Below are positions 1 to 5,529 of a stretch of DNA of 18,330 nucleotides, piece by piece. The stretch is from a virus (lineage: Duplodnaviria; Heunggongvirae; Uroviricota; Caudoviricetes). The notes beneath the pieces were generated by a model. That model was not told the origin of the DNA. It made no database searches and saw only the letters and a program-made list of their open reading frames with translations. The position numbers and the translations under genes are program-made. The stretch is from the IMG/VR virus record IMGVR_UViG_3300005329_000001, one strand, 5' to 3'. Every line of letters starts with the position of its first letter. Within the stretch, counting starts at the first letter, position 1.

Positions 1-657
1 CGCCGTCTTCTTCGTATCCTTGGTCTTGTCGAAGCCAGGAGGGATCACCTGGCCGCAGTGGGTGCAGCGGATTGTGCCTGCTGGCGTGGGAGCTTGCTGG
101 ATGGTTTCAGGAGGAAGGTTTCGGGGAGTCGGGCGAACAGGAAGGGTCTCGGCCTCTCTGGCTTGCCGTTCGGTGAGTCTGAGTCTACCGATTGCTTCTA
201 AGTCTGGGAGTCTGCGGCGTCTGGGCTCCACAGGAGTTGGCGTGAGGTCCGTTCGGGAATCAAGCGTGTCACGAACAGCGACCGAGTAGCGAGAGAGCTG
301 AGTCAGTGTTTCCGATCGCGGTTCGTTGTAGCCCAGTGGGATCAGCGTAGTCTCGCCGTACTTCTGCCTGAACTCCTCCGTCATCTTCTGAACCCAGCGT
401 CCGCACGGCGCCTTCATTTGGATGCACGTAGAGCAGCAGGTAGAGCCAAAGACGGAACTTACCAGGGCCGCCGTCTCCGAGATCAACTCGGAAGGGAAAA
501 AGAAGATGTTGTCTTCCGGGTAGACCTGCCCGACGAGTCTAGCCACTCCTACGACCGAATTCAGAAATGCGTTGAACTGATCGGCGGGTGGGACTACTGC
601 GACGCCAATGTGGCCGTTCCTGTATCGCCACAGAGCGATGTGGACGAGATTGTCCAT
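1..657 (-). CDS. Hypothetical protein, runs off the window start (MDNLVHIALWRYRNGHIG...; Cys clusters TCCSTC and CTHC; Pro/Arg-rich linker)
   Basis: Manual translation shows no stop from ATG 657 to base 1; GGGAGA Shine-Dalgarno just upstream; absent from the ORF track because it is truncated. Confidence 0.75.
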   Translation of the reverse strand, partial: MDNLVHIALWRYRNGHIGVAVVPPADQFNAFLNSVVGVARLVGQVYPEDNIFFFPSELISETAALVSSVFGSTCCSTCIQMKAPCGRWVQKMTEEFRQKYGETTLIPLGYNEPRSETLTQLSRYSVAVRDTLDSRTDLTPTPVEPRRRRLPDLEAIGRLRLTERQAREAETLPVRPTPRNLPPETIQQAPTPAGTIRCTHCGQVIPPGFDKTKDTKKTA

Positions 658-792
658 GATGTCTCCCGGCTAAAACTGCGCGGGTTTCCCCGCGAGAACC
701 CATTGGGTCCTACCGATGAGACTCGCACCGAAATGCGCGTCTCCATCTACTAGACTTATAACAGGAAGTCGGGAGAGATTGCGGGGCGGGAT

Positions 793-1296
793 CTAGTGGT
801 GCGGGACGGGCGGAGCGGGAGGCGTGAAGCTCGAGTTACCGGTCGGCATCGTCGGCATCACCGGAGCAACGACCGCGGGAGCGGCCGCAACCGGGGCAGG
901 AGCCTCTTCGACAGCCGGCTCCTCGACCACTTCGGCCACCGTCGACTTCGGCTCTTCCGTCACGCCGGCGAAGGCGCGCTGGCGAAGGGTCGAGAAGGCG
1001 GAGACCAGCTCACGCAGCTCGGCGGCGACGATCGGCTCGAGAGTGCTGCTGGACTTCACCTTCTCGTAGGCGTCGCCGAGGGTGGCGATTCCCTGGCCGA
1101 GGACGTACAGGCCGGACGAGAACGACTCGGCCTCCGGGCCGACGGTCTTGAGGAGGGCAGACTCGGCGACCGGCGTGCTGGCGACCTTCACCGCCTTCGG
1201 CTTGGCCTTCACCGCGGCCTTCGCCACGGGTGCCTTCTTGGCGGGAGCGGCCGCCTTCTCGCCCTTCGGCTTGCGCTCGTAGACGCCACGAGGCAT
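793..1296 (-). CDS. Protein with Lys/Ala/Pro-rich histone H1-like N-terminus (MPRGVYERKPK...) and Ala/Pro/Glu-rich C-terminus
   Basis: ORF track; GC3-rich codon usage; start abuts the upstream stop (TAA ATG). Confidence 0.85.
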   Translation of the reverse strand: MPRGVYERKPKGEKAAAPAKKAPVAKAAVKAKPKAVKVASTPVAESALLKTVGPEAESFSSGLYVLGQGIATLGDAYEKVKSSSTLEPIVAAELRELVSAFSTLRQRAFAGVTEEPKSTVAEVVEEPAVEEAPAPVAAAPAVVAPVMPTMPTGNSSFTPPAPPVPHH

Positions 1297-1416
1297 TTAC
1301 TTGCTCTCCTTCTTGGCGGCGACCTTCTTCTTGGTCGTCTTCTTGGCCACCTTCGGGGCAGCGGTCTTCTTCGCCTTCGACTTCGTCTTGCTACGATCGT
1401 ACACACCACGCGGCAT
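1297..1416 (-). CDS. 39-aa basic histone-like peptide MPRGVYDRSKTKSKAKKTAAPKVAKKTTKKKVAAKKESK
   Basis: Manual translation; GAGAGG SD upstream; same MPRGVYxR start as the next gene; below ORF-track size cutoff. Confidence 0.85.
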   Translation of the reverse strand: MPRGVYDRSKTKSKAKKTAAPKVAKKTTKKKVAAKKESK

Positions 1417-1438
1417 TGAGGCCTCTCTTTCGGATTTT

Positions 1439-1525
1439 GTCTTGTCTTCAGCCCAAGACATTCTTTACGTCTTGTAGTTAAGACACGAAGACAGATGTAG
1501 TCAAGGGCTCAAGACAAGAAAAGAC
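1439..1525. promoter_or_regulatory. Cluster of 8 AAGAC/GTCTT motifs including two GTCTT-N6-AAGAC palindromes (operator-like)
   Basis: GTCTT at 1439, 1444, 1469; AAGAC at 1455, 1480, 1488, 1511, 1521. Confidence 0.45.
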
Positions 1526-1747
1526 CGAAAAGCGACATACGAAGATCCGTTCGAAAAATACTCCTTCGAGCGAGCGGATTTCTTTTTCCTGGAAGTACCT
1601 GAAGAGGGAGCGAGGGATTTCTTGTAAGGCGCGGAAATGCTTCAGGAAGTAGTCCTTCTTCTTCACTGACGCTAGATAGACCTCTACCGCCTCTTCCCCT
1701 CTACTATTTCAACCGCTCGCCAAGTTTCTACCCGGCGAGGGAGAAGT

Positions 1748-2153
1748 AGAGCTGATCGGCCCTCGTCGTTCTCCGCACCGGACACCCCTTTCGAGGCATG
1801 TCGCCGTCGTGCTTCTGAAGAACGCTTCCGTACCGAACGCAGGAACAGGTCAGTGAAGCCTATTTCCGTTCTGGTGTTCGGTCTCGACAGGGCCGCTTGC
1901 CCCTCCCGCTCGGGGGAGGATTTTTCGAATCAGGACGCGGATGGGCGGTGTTCCCCAGCGAGATCTACTGGCAGTCACGGTCGTCAAATCGTGCATCGTC
2001 AGGGTTCATCGCTGCGCCGCCCCTCTGGGAATGAGACCCGCCTGGGAGCTCCGTGCTACGTCTGCACGTCCGACCGAACTCTCCCCGGTACGTTCACCGG
2101 CTCGCTGGCGACTACTAAAACAAAGTCCGCACGACCGATGCCGATCTTGCCCC
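1748..2153 (-). ncRNA. Candidate ~406-nt structured ncRNA of unknown family
   Basis: Terminal long-range helix (GGGGC/GCUCU, GAUCGGC/GCCGAUC, UCG-UCGU/ACGA-CGA), 8-bp CCAGCGAG/CUCGCUGG, GAAA-capped hairpin at 1781-1802; G-U pairs favour the minus strand; no convincing CDS. Confidence 0.5.
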
Positions 2154-2181
2154 ATACAGTAGGAGAGTCAAGTTGACGACC

Positions 2182-2296
2182 GCCTGCTTGTCTGGCAGTC
2201 TGATGTTGCGACGCGTCCTGCGCGTTCGTACCTGGCTGTCAGACCACGACTGACGAAAAGACACTTCGTGGTGGTGCCACTCGGCGGTGGGCAGGC
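2182..2296 (+). ncRNA. Candidate ~115-nt multibranch small RNA followed by a terminator
   Basis: Closing stem 2182-2188/2290-2296, 11-bp stem 2190-2200/2234-2244, two further hairpins. Confidence 0.45.
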
Positions 2297-2298
2297 AG

Positions 2299-2334
2299 AA
2301 GGCTCTCGGTTGACACCGAGGGCCTTTTGTCTTT
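2299..2334 (+). terminator. Rho-independent terminator
   Basis: 12-bp stem AAGGCTCTCGGT/ACCGAGGGCCTT, 4-nt loop, T-rich tail. Confidence 0.8.
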
Positions 2335-2362
2335 CTGATTCTCGCGAGATCCGAGATACTCG

Positions 2363-2401
2363 AAAAAAGTAGTTGACGTTATTTCCGCGCCTGCGTAGAC
2401 C
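2363..2401 (+). promoter_or_regulatory. Putative sigma70-type promoter upstream of the tRNA array
   Basis: A-tract, TTGACG at 2373, 17-nt spacer, TAGACC at 2396 (weak -10). Confidence 0.5.
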
Positions 2402-2441
2402 TATAAACAGGATCAAGACAGTGCTGACCAGGACCTCGCAT

Positions 2442-2567
2442 ATGACGACCAAAGGGACGAAGCGCTCGGGCGCCTCGCTCATTGGCTATTCGTGCGATCG
2501 CCAGGAGCAGCCGAGCATCCGCCTCTTCGCCGGTCATCTGGCCAATTGGGAAGGTGCCGGCCCCTAG
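2442..2567 (+). CDS. Possible 41-aa leader peptide (MTTKGTKRSGASLIGYS...)
   Basis: ATG with AGGA 8 nt upstream; lies between the promoter and a terminator-like hairpin. Confidence 0.3.
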   Translation: MTTKGTKRSGASLIGYSCDRQEQPSIRLFAGHLANWEGAGP

Positions 2568-2593
2568 AAGGACTCCCGATAAGGGAACTTGCT

Positions 2594-2635
2594 AGAGGGT
2601 CGGCAGACGAGAGTCTCCCGGCCCTCTTCGTTTTT
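2594..2635 (+). terminator. Terminator/attenuator-like hairpin upstream of the first tRNA
   Basis: AGAGGGTCGG/CCGGCCCTCT stem capped by AGAC-GAGA-GTCT, followed by TCGTTTTT. Confidence 0.6.
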
Positions 2636-2660
2636 GGAGGTGCGGATCGGCAGCAGTGAT

Positions 2661-2728
2661 GGGCAGCGAGCTGGGCTCAGCGGAGACTCCAAATCTCGGC
2701 GTGCAGGGTTCGATTCCTTGGCGGCCCG
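2661..2728 (+). tRNA. trnW: tRNA-Trp(CCA), minimal D-arm (GAGC-TGG-GCTC)
   Basis: Loop CT-CCA-AA, T-loop TTCGATT, G73, one acceptor mismatch. Confidence 0.75.
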
Positions 2729-2733
2729 CAAAT

Positions 2734-2804
2734 GCCCCTGTCGTTCAACGGCAGGACACTGGTTTCGTAAACCAGGAATGCGAGTTCGATTCTCGCCGGG
2801 GGCT
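2734..2804 (+). tRNA. trnT: tRNA-Thr(CGT)
   Basis: Full cloverleaf; loop TT-CGT-AA. Confidence 0.92.
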
Positions 2805-2810
2805 CTGAAC

Positions 2811-2886
2811 GCGGATGAGGTGTACTTGGTTGCACGCGTGCTTGCCAAGCATGAGGTAGCCGGTTCGAATCCGGTCATCCGCACCA
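2811..2886 (+). tRNA. trnG: tRNA-Gly(GCC), A73, CCA encoded
   Basis: Full cloverleaf; loop TT-GCC-AA. Confidence 0.92.
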
Positions 2887-2967
2887 GGGGAATTCAGGAG
2901 AGTGCTCCGATGAAGGTGATGCAGTAGCGTAGTAAGAAGTGCTGCCGGCGAGTGAGCCGGCACGTTT

Positions 2968-3051
2968 GCCGGGGTTGACGGTAAGGTCACCGAGGCTGTC
3001 TGTAAAACAGTCGTCCCCAGGAACAACCCGGTTCGAGTCCGGGCTCCGGCA
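2968..3051 (+). tRNA. trnY: tRNA-Tyr(GTA)
   Basis: Loop CT-GTA-AA, long variable region, canonical T-arm; atypical D-arm linker. Confidence 0.88.
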
Positions 3052-3148
3052 CCGAGGCGAGTAGCTCTCGCCGCGACTTTGAAAACCGAATAGTCGACAG
3101 CGAAGAAACTGGCTCCGGCATGTGCCGTCGCGACACAGTCGGGGCTTT

Positions 3149-3220
3149 GGGTGCCTAGCACAATGGAAGTGCAGCGGACTCTTAATCCGTTGGTTGTGGG
3201 TTCGACTCCCACGGCACCCA
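3149..3220 (+). tRNA. trnK: tRNA-Lys(CTT)
   Basis: Full cloverleaf; loop CT-CTT-AA. Confidence 0.95.
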
Positions 3221-3273
3221 CTGAGGTGAAGCATGGAACGAAAATCAAGCCCGAGCCGACAGCAGCATAGTCA

Positions 3274-3345
3274 GCTCCCGGAGCTCGGGCGGTAGAGCAG
3301 CGGACTTTTAATCCGTTGGCGAGGGTTCGACACCCTACGGGAGCA
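3274..3345 (+). tRNA. trnK: tRNA-Lys(TTT)
   Basis: Full cloverleaf; loop CT-TTT-AA. Confidence 0.92.
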
Positions 3346-3349
3346 CAAT

Positions 3350-3420
3350 GCGCGTGTGATGTAGCGGTAGCATTCCAGTCTTCCAAACTGGCTGCGCGGG
3401 TTCAATCCCCGCCACGCGCT
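3350..3420 (+). tRNA. trnG: tRNA-Gly(TCC)
   Basis: Full cloverleaf; loop CT-TCC-AA; U73. Confidence 0.95.
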
Positions 3421-3460
3421 CTAAAACCGGGTGATCCAGGTTCGAGTCCTGGGTGGGAAG
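3421..3460 (+). other. Isolated tRNA 3' half (CTA-AA, anticodon-stem strand ACCGG, variable loop, T-arm, acceptor strand)
   Basis: CCAGG-TTCGAGT-CCTGG T-arm with no 5' half upstream; starts right after the tRNA-Gly discriminator. Confidence 0.75.
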
Positions 3461-3515
3461 GTGCGGCCCCTTGGTCTCCGTCGATGGCCGTCGACGGTGC
3501 GGGCCTCTGGTCTCC
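3461..3515 (+). repeat. Two 19-nt direct repeats (GTGCGG...TGGTCTCC, 16/19 identical); partial third copy at 3748-3759
   Basis: 3461-3479 and 3497-3515. Confidence 0.65.
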
Positions 3516-3539
3516 TTGAGAAGTCTCGCGAGCTCTCTC

Positions 3540-3577
3540 AACCCACTAGCTCAATTGGTAGAGCACTCGGTCTTTTG
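3540..3577 (+). other. Isolated tRNA 5' half (acceptor strand, D-arm, anticodon-stem strand, CT-TTT)
   Basis: TA-GCTC-AATTGGTA-GAGC-A-CTCGGT-CT; complementary to the 3' half at 3421-3460. Confidence 0.75.
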
Positions 3578-3578
3578 T

Positions 3579-3650
3579 TCGGGCGCCTCCGGCGAGGGGC
3601 GGGGTCTTTGAAATCCTGCTTGCTGGGATCGACACCCAGAGCCCGATCCA
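3579..3650 (+). tRNA. trnQ: tRNA-Gln(TTG), minimal D-arm, T-loop ATCGACA, CCA encoded
   Basis: Loop CT-TTG-AA; CCTC-CGGC-GAGG D-arm; acceptor TCGGGC/GCCCGA. Confidence 0.65.
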
Positions 3651-3660
3651 ACGTTTCTAC

Positions 3661-3731
3661 TCCGGGTTCGTCTAATGGTAGGACAGCGGTCTCTGACACC
3701 GTATGTGGGGGTTCGAGTCCCTCACCCGGAA
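3661..3731 (+). tRNA. trnQ: tRNA-Gln(CTG)
   Basis: Full cloverleaf; loop CT-CTG-AC; U1-A72. Confidence 0.93.
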
Positions 3732-3818
3732 CCGCCCGATGTCGTCTCCTCTGGTCTCCATGGAGCACCGCCTGACGAGGCAAAGGACTCCGGGTGCGGA
3801 GAGGACTAGGGTGACTCT

Positions 3819-3890
3819 GCCGACGTAGCACAACGGAAGTGCAGCGCCCTTGTAAAGCGAAGGTTGTCGGTTCGATTCCGACCGTCGGCT
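3819..3890 (+). tRNA. trnT: tRNA-Thr(TGT)
   Basis: Cloverleaf; loop CT-TGT-AA; anticodon stem only 3 WC pairs. Confidence 0.85.
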
Positions 3891-4106
3891 CTAGACTTTC
3901 TCCCAGCGTGCTTGCCAGTTGATTTCGAAATCGAAGGAAACGTCACCAGATCCGGGCTTGGTCTTCACGCCCACCACAGATGTGACAATGCTTGCTTGGT
4001 ACTGACTACCGTCTGGAAGAGTGATGGTTACCCACGTAGGACGAGCGGAGGTGACCTCGTAGTCGAGAGGCAGAGAAGTTTCGGCTTTGGTCTTCGTCAT
4101 GATCAT
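3891..4106 (-). CDS. Small hypothetical protein antisense to the tRNA array (start may be 4100)
   Basis: ORF fills the spacer between tRNA-Thr and tRNA-Asn exactly; protein-like composition. Confidence 0.6.
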   Translation of the reverse strand: MIMTKTKAETSLPLDYEVTSARPTWVTITLPDGSQYQASIVTSVVGVKTKPGSGDVSFDFEINWQARWEKV

Positions 4107-4178
4107 TCCAGTGTAGCTCAGCGGAAGAGCAGCCGGCTGTTAACCGGAAGGTCACAGGTTCGAATCCTGTCTCTGGAG
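4107..4178 (+). tRNA. trnN: tRNA-Asn(GTT)
   Basis: Full cloverleaf; loop CT-GTT-AA; G73. Confidence 0.93.
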
Positions 4179-4183
4179 CAAGT

Positions 4184-4254
4184 GGTCCGCAGTTCTGGGA
4201 GCGAACGAGATTGCAAACCTCGTGAGTGCGGTTCGACTCCGCAGCGGACCTCCA
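4184..4254 (+). tRNA. trnC: tRNA-Cys(GCA), minimal D-arm (GTTC-TGG-GAGC), U73, CCA encoded
   Basis: Loop TT-GCA-AA; perfect acceptor stem GGTCCGC/GCGGACC. Confidence 0.85.
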
Positions 4255-4258
4255 TTAC

Positions 4259-4333
4259 GGCCCCATCCACTAACGGTTAGGTGACTGCCCTCTCAAGGCA
4301 GGTGTCCGGGTTCGAATCCCGGTGGGGTCACCA
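4259..4333 (+). tRNA. trnE: tRNA-Glu(CTC), CCA encoded
   Basis: Full cloverleaf; loop CT-CTC-AA. Confidence 0.93.
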
Positions 4334-4403
4334 CGCAAATACGGTGTTGGCGCATACGGGCCTCCAAAGCCCGAGGAATGGGTTGAAGCCCCATTGAAGC
4401 GTG
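4333..4403 (+). pseudogene. Degenerate tRNA-Trp(CCA)
   Basis: Good anticodon arm CGGGC-CTCCAAA-GCCCG and T-arm; acceptor only 4 bp. Confidence 0.55.
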
Positions 4404-4408
4404 ACAAT

Positions 4409-4484
4409 CTCCCGCTCCTCTAACTGGCAAGGAGAACCGCCTTTCACGCGGACAATACGGGTTCAACTCCCGTGCGGGAGACCA
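4409..4484 (+). tRNA. trnE: tRNA-Glu(TTC), CCA encoded
   Basis: Full cloverleaf; loop CT-TTC-AC. Confidence 0.92.
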
Positions 4485-4553
4485 CTCAATAGCAGTGTGT
4501 GATGCACGCTCGGCCTGGTGTCGAGAGGAACGGTTTTGATCCGGTGCGAGTAT

Positions 4554-4628
4554 CAAGGTGTAGCTCAATGGTAGAGCTCTCGGTTTGGGACCGAGTGGCT
4601 GGAGGTTCGAGTCCTCTCACCTTGACCA
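4554..4628 (+). tRNA. trnP: tRNA-Pro(TGG), CCA encoded
   Basis: Full cloverleaf; C1-G72; loop TT-TGG-GA. Confidence 0.95.
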
Positions 4629-4637
4629 GTAGAATCA

Positions 4638-4709
4638 CGGGATGTAGCGCAGCGGTAGCGCGCTCGCTTGGGGTGCGAGAGGTCGCCAGTTCGATCCTGG
4701 CCATCCCGA
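4638..4709 (+). tRNA. trnP: tRNA-Pro(GGG)
   Basis: Full cloverleaf; loop TT-GGG-GT. Confidence 0.95.
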
Positions 4710-4841
4710 CTCTACGTAGCCTCGACGCAGTGCCGGTGCAGTGTGACCGGACGAAGAGGGCACAGCCTTACATGCCGACCTGCGACAGCCGGGGCGGGGA
4801 AGAACTCTTCAGGTTCGCTACCTGAAGACGGTTGCCACAAT

Positions 4842-4913
4842 CGGAGTGTAGCGAAGCGGTATCGCGCTCGGTTCGGGACCGAGAGATCGGGAGTTCGATC
4901 CTCCCCACTCCGA
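4842..4913 (+). tRNA. trnP: tRNA-Pro(CGG)
   Basis: Full cloverleaf; loop TT-CGG-GA. Confidence 0.95.
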
Positions 4914-4926
4914 CTAGATTTGCCAT

Positions 4927-4998
4927 GCGCCTTTCGTCCAACGGTTAGGACACTCGCCTGATTAGCGAGATATGAGGGTTCGAATCCTTCAGGGCGCA
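4927..4998 (+). tRNA. trnI: tRNA-Ile(GAT), unusual U37
   Basis: Full cloverleaf; loop CT-GAT-TA. Confidence 0.88.
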
Positions 4999-5000
4999 CC

Positions 5001-5077
5001 CCGTGGGTAGTGTTCAATGGCAGCACGTCTGAGTGTGGATCAGAAGGTGCGGGTTCGAATCCCGTCCCAACGGACCA
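5001..5077 (+). tRNA. trnH: tRNA-His(GTG) without G-1/C73 (A73, bulged acceptor), CCA encoded
   Basis: Loop GT-GTG-GA; acceptor CCGTGGG/CCC-A-ACGG. Confidence 0.8.
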
Positions 5078-5081
5078 GTAT

Positions 5082-5159
5082 GGTGGACGAAGGCAAAATG
5101 GAGGAGCCGCCTGATTGTGGATCAGGTGCTAGCGGGTTCGACTCCCGTCGTTCACCCCA
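5082..5159 (+). tRNA. trnH: tRNA-His(GTG) with G-1:C73, CCA encoded
   Basis: Loop TT-GTG-GA; 8-bp acceptor including G-1. Confidence 0.92.
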
Positions 5160-5226
5160 ATAGCAAGGACGAAGGCTATCTGTCGCTCCGCGCAGAGAGA
5201 GGTGAGCGCTCACCTCATCGTCCGAT

Positions 5227-5302
5227 GCCTGCGAGGTCCACTGGTGTGGACGCTCCCCTGTCACGGGAGATTCGGCGAGTTCGATCCTCGTCGCAGGCGC
5301 CA
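5227..5302 (+). tRNA. trnD: tRNA-Asp(GTC), CCA encoded
   Basis: Full cloverleaf; loop CT-GTC-AC; G73. Confidence 0.95.
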
Positions 5303-5376
5303 TCTCCGTAGCTCAAATGCAGAGCTCCTCGGCCGTTACCGAGGCGATCCGGCCTAGCGACCCGGCAGAGGTGCCA
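5302..5376 (+). pseudogene. Degenerate tRNA-Asn-like gene (6-nt anticodon loop CCGTTA, non-canonical T-loop), G73 plus CCA
   Basis: D-arm GCTC/GAGC and stem CCTCGG/CCGAGG intact. Confidence 0.6.
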
Positions 5377-5378
5377 AC

Positions 5379-5454
5379 GCTCCGGTAGCATAGAGGGTCT
5401 GTGCGCCGCTCTGAAAAAGCGGAGGCGTCGGTTCGATCCCGACCTGGAGCACCA
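5379..5454 (+). tRNA. trnF: tRNA-Phe(GAA), CCA encoded
   Basis: Full cloverleaf; loop CT-GAA-AA. Confidence 0.95.
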
Positions 5455-5529
5455 TCGCAAAAGTTCTCTCTCGCAGAGATAAGGAAGCGCGGGCAATTTT
5501 GCCCTTTAGCGTTTCCAAGGAGAGAGACC

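Noticed and set aside
418-753. Plus-strand 111-aa ORF
   Set aside because: Antisense shadow of the minus-strand CDS 1-657; no SD
1-1416. Stop-codon readthrough fusing three same-frame minus-strand ORFs, or genome-wide amber recoding
   Set aside because: The ORFs at 1416 and 657 have their own SD and the one at 1296 abuts the upstream stop; several well-formed genes in the window end at TAG (9763, 11159, 12077, 12354)
1748-2153. tmRNA call (GGGGC start, CAGCTCT-A end, TAGTC-GCC resume-like motif)
   Set aside because: No T-arm or CCA at the 3' end, the resume-like site is only about 50 nt in, and the peptide (ASEPVNVPGRVRSDVQT) lacks a tag-like C-terminus
2182-2296. Hammerhead ribozyme (CTGATG and CTGACGA strings)
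   Set aside because: No stem II plus GAAA core or NUH site in the required order
2910-2927. SD-led minigene MKVMQ after tRNA-Gly
   Set aside because: Too short to support without conservation or ribosome data
3461-3515. Mini CRISPR array
   Set aside because: Only two imperfect 19-nt repeats with a 17-nt spacer and no cas genes
4481-4552. Additional tRNA-Pro(TGG)-like gene
   Set aside because: An anticodon-like hairpin CTCGG-CCTGGTG-TCGAG is present but acceptor and T-arm do not fold; at most a remnant
5166-5225. Extra tRNA after the His pair
   Set aside because: Shares GGACGAAGGC with tRNA-His and has a perfect hairpin (GAGGTGAGC/GCTCACCTC) but no anticodon arm or T-loop
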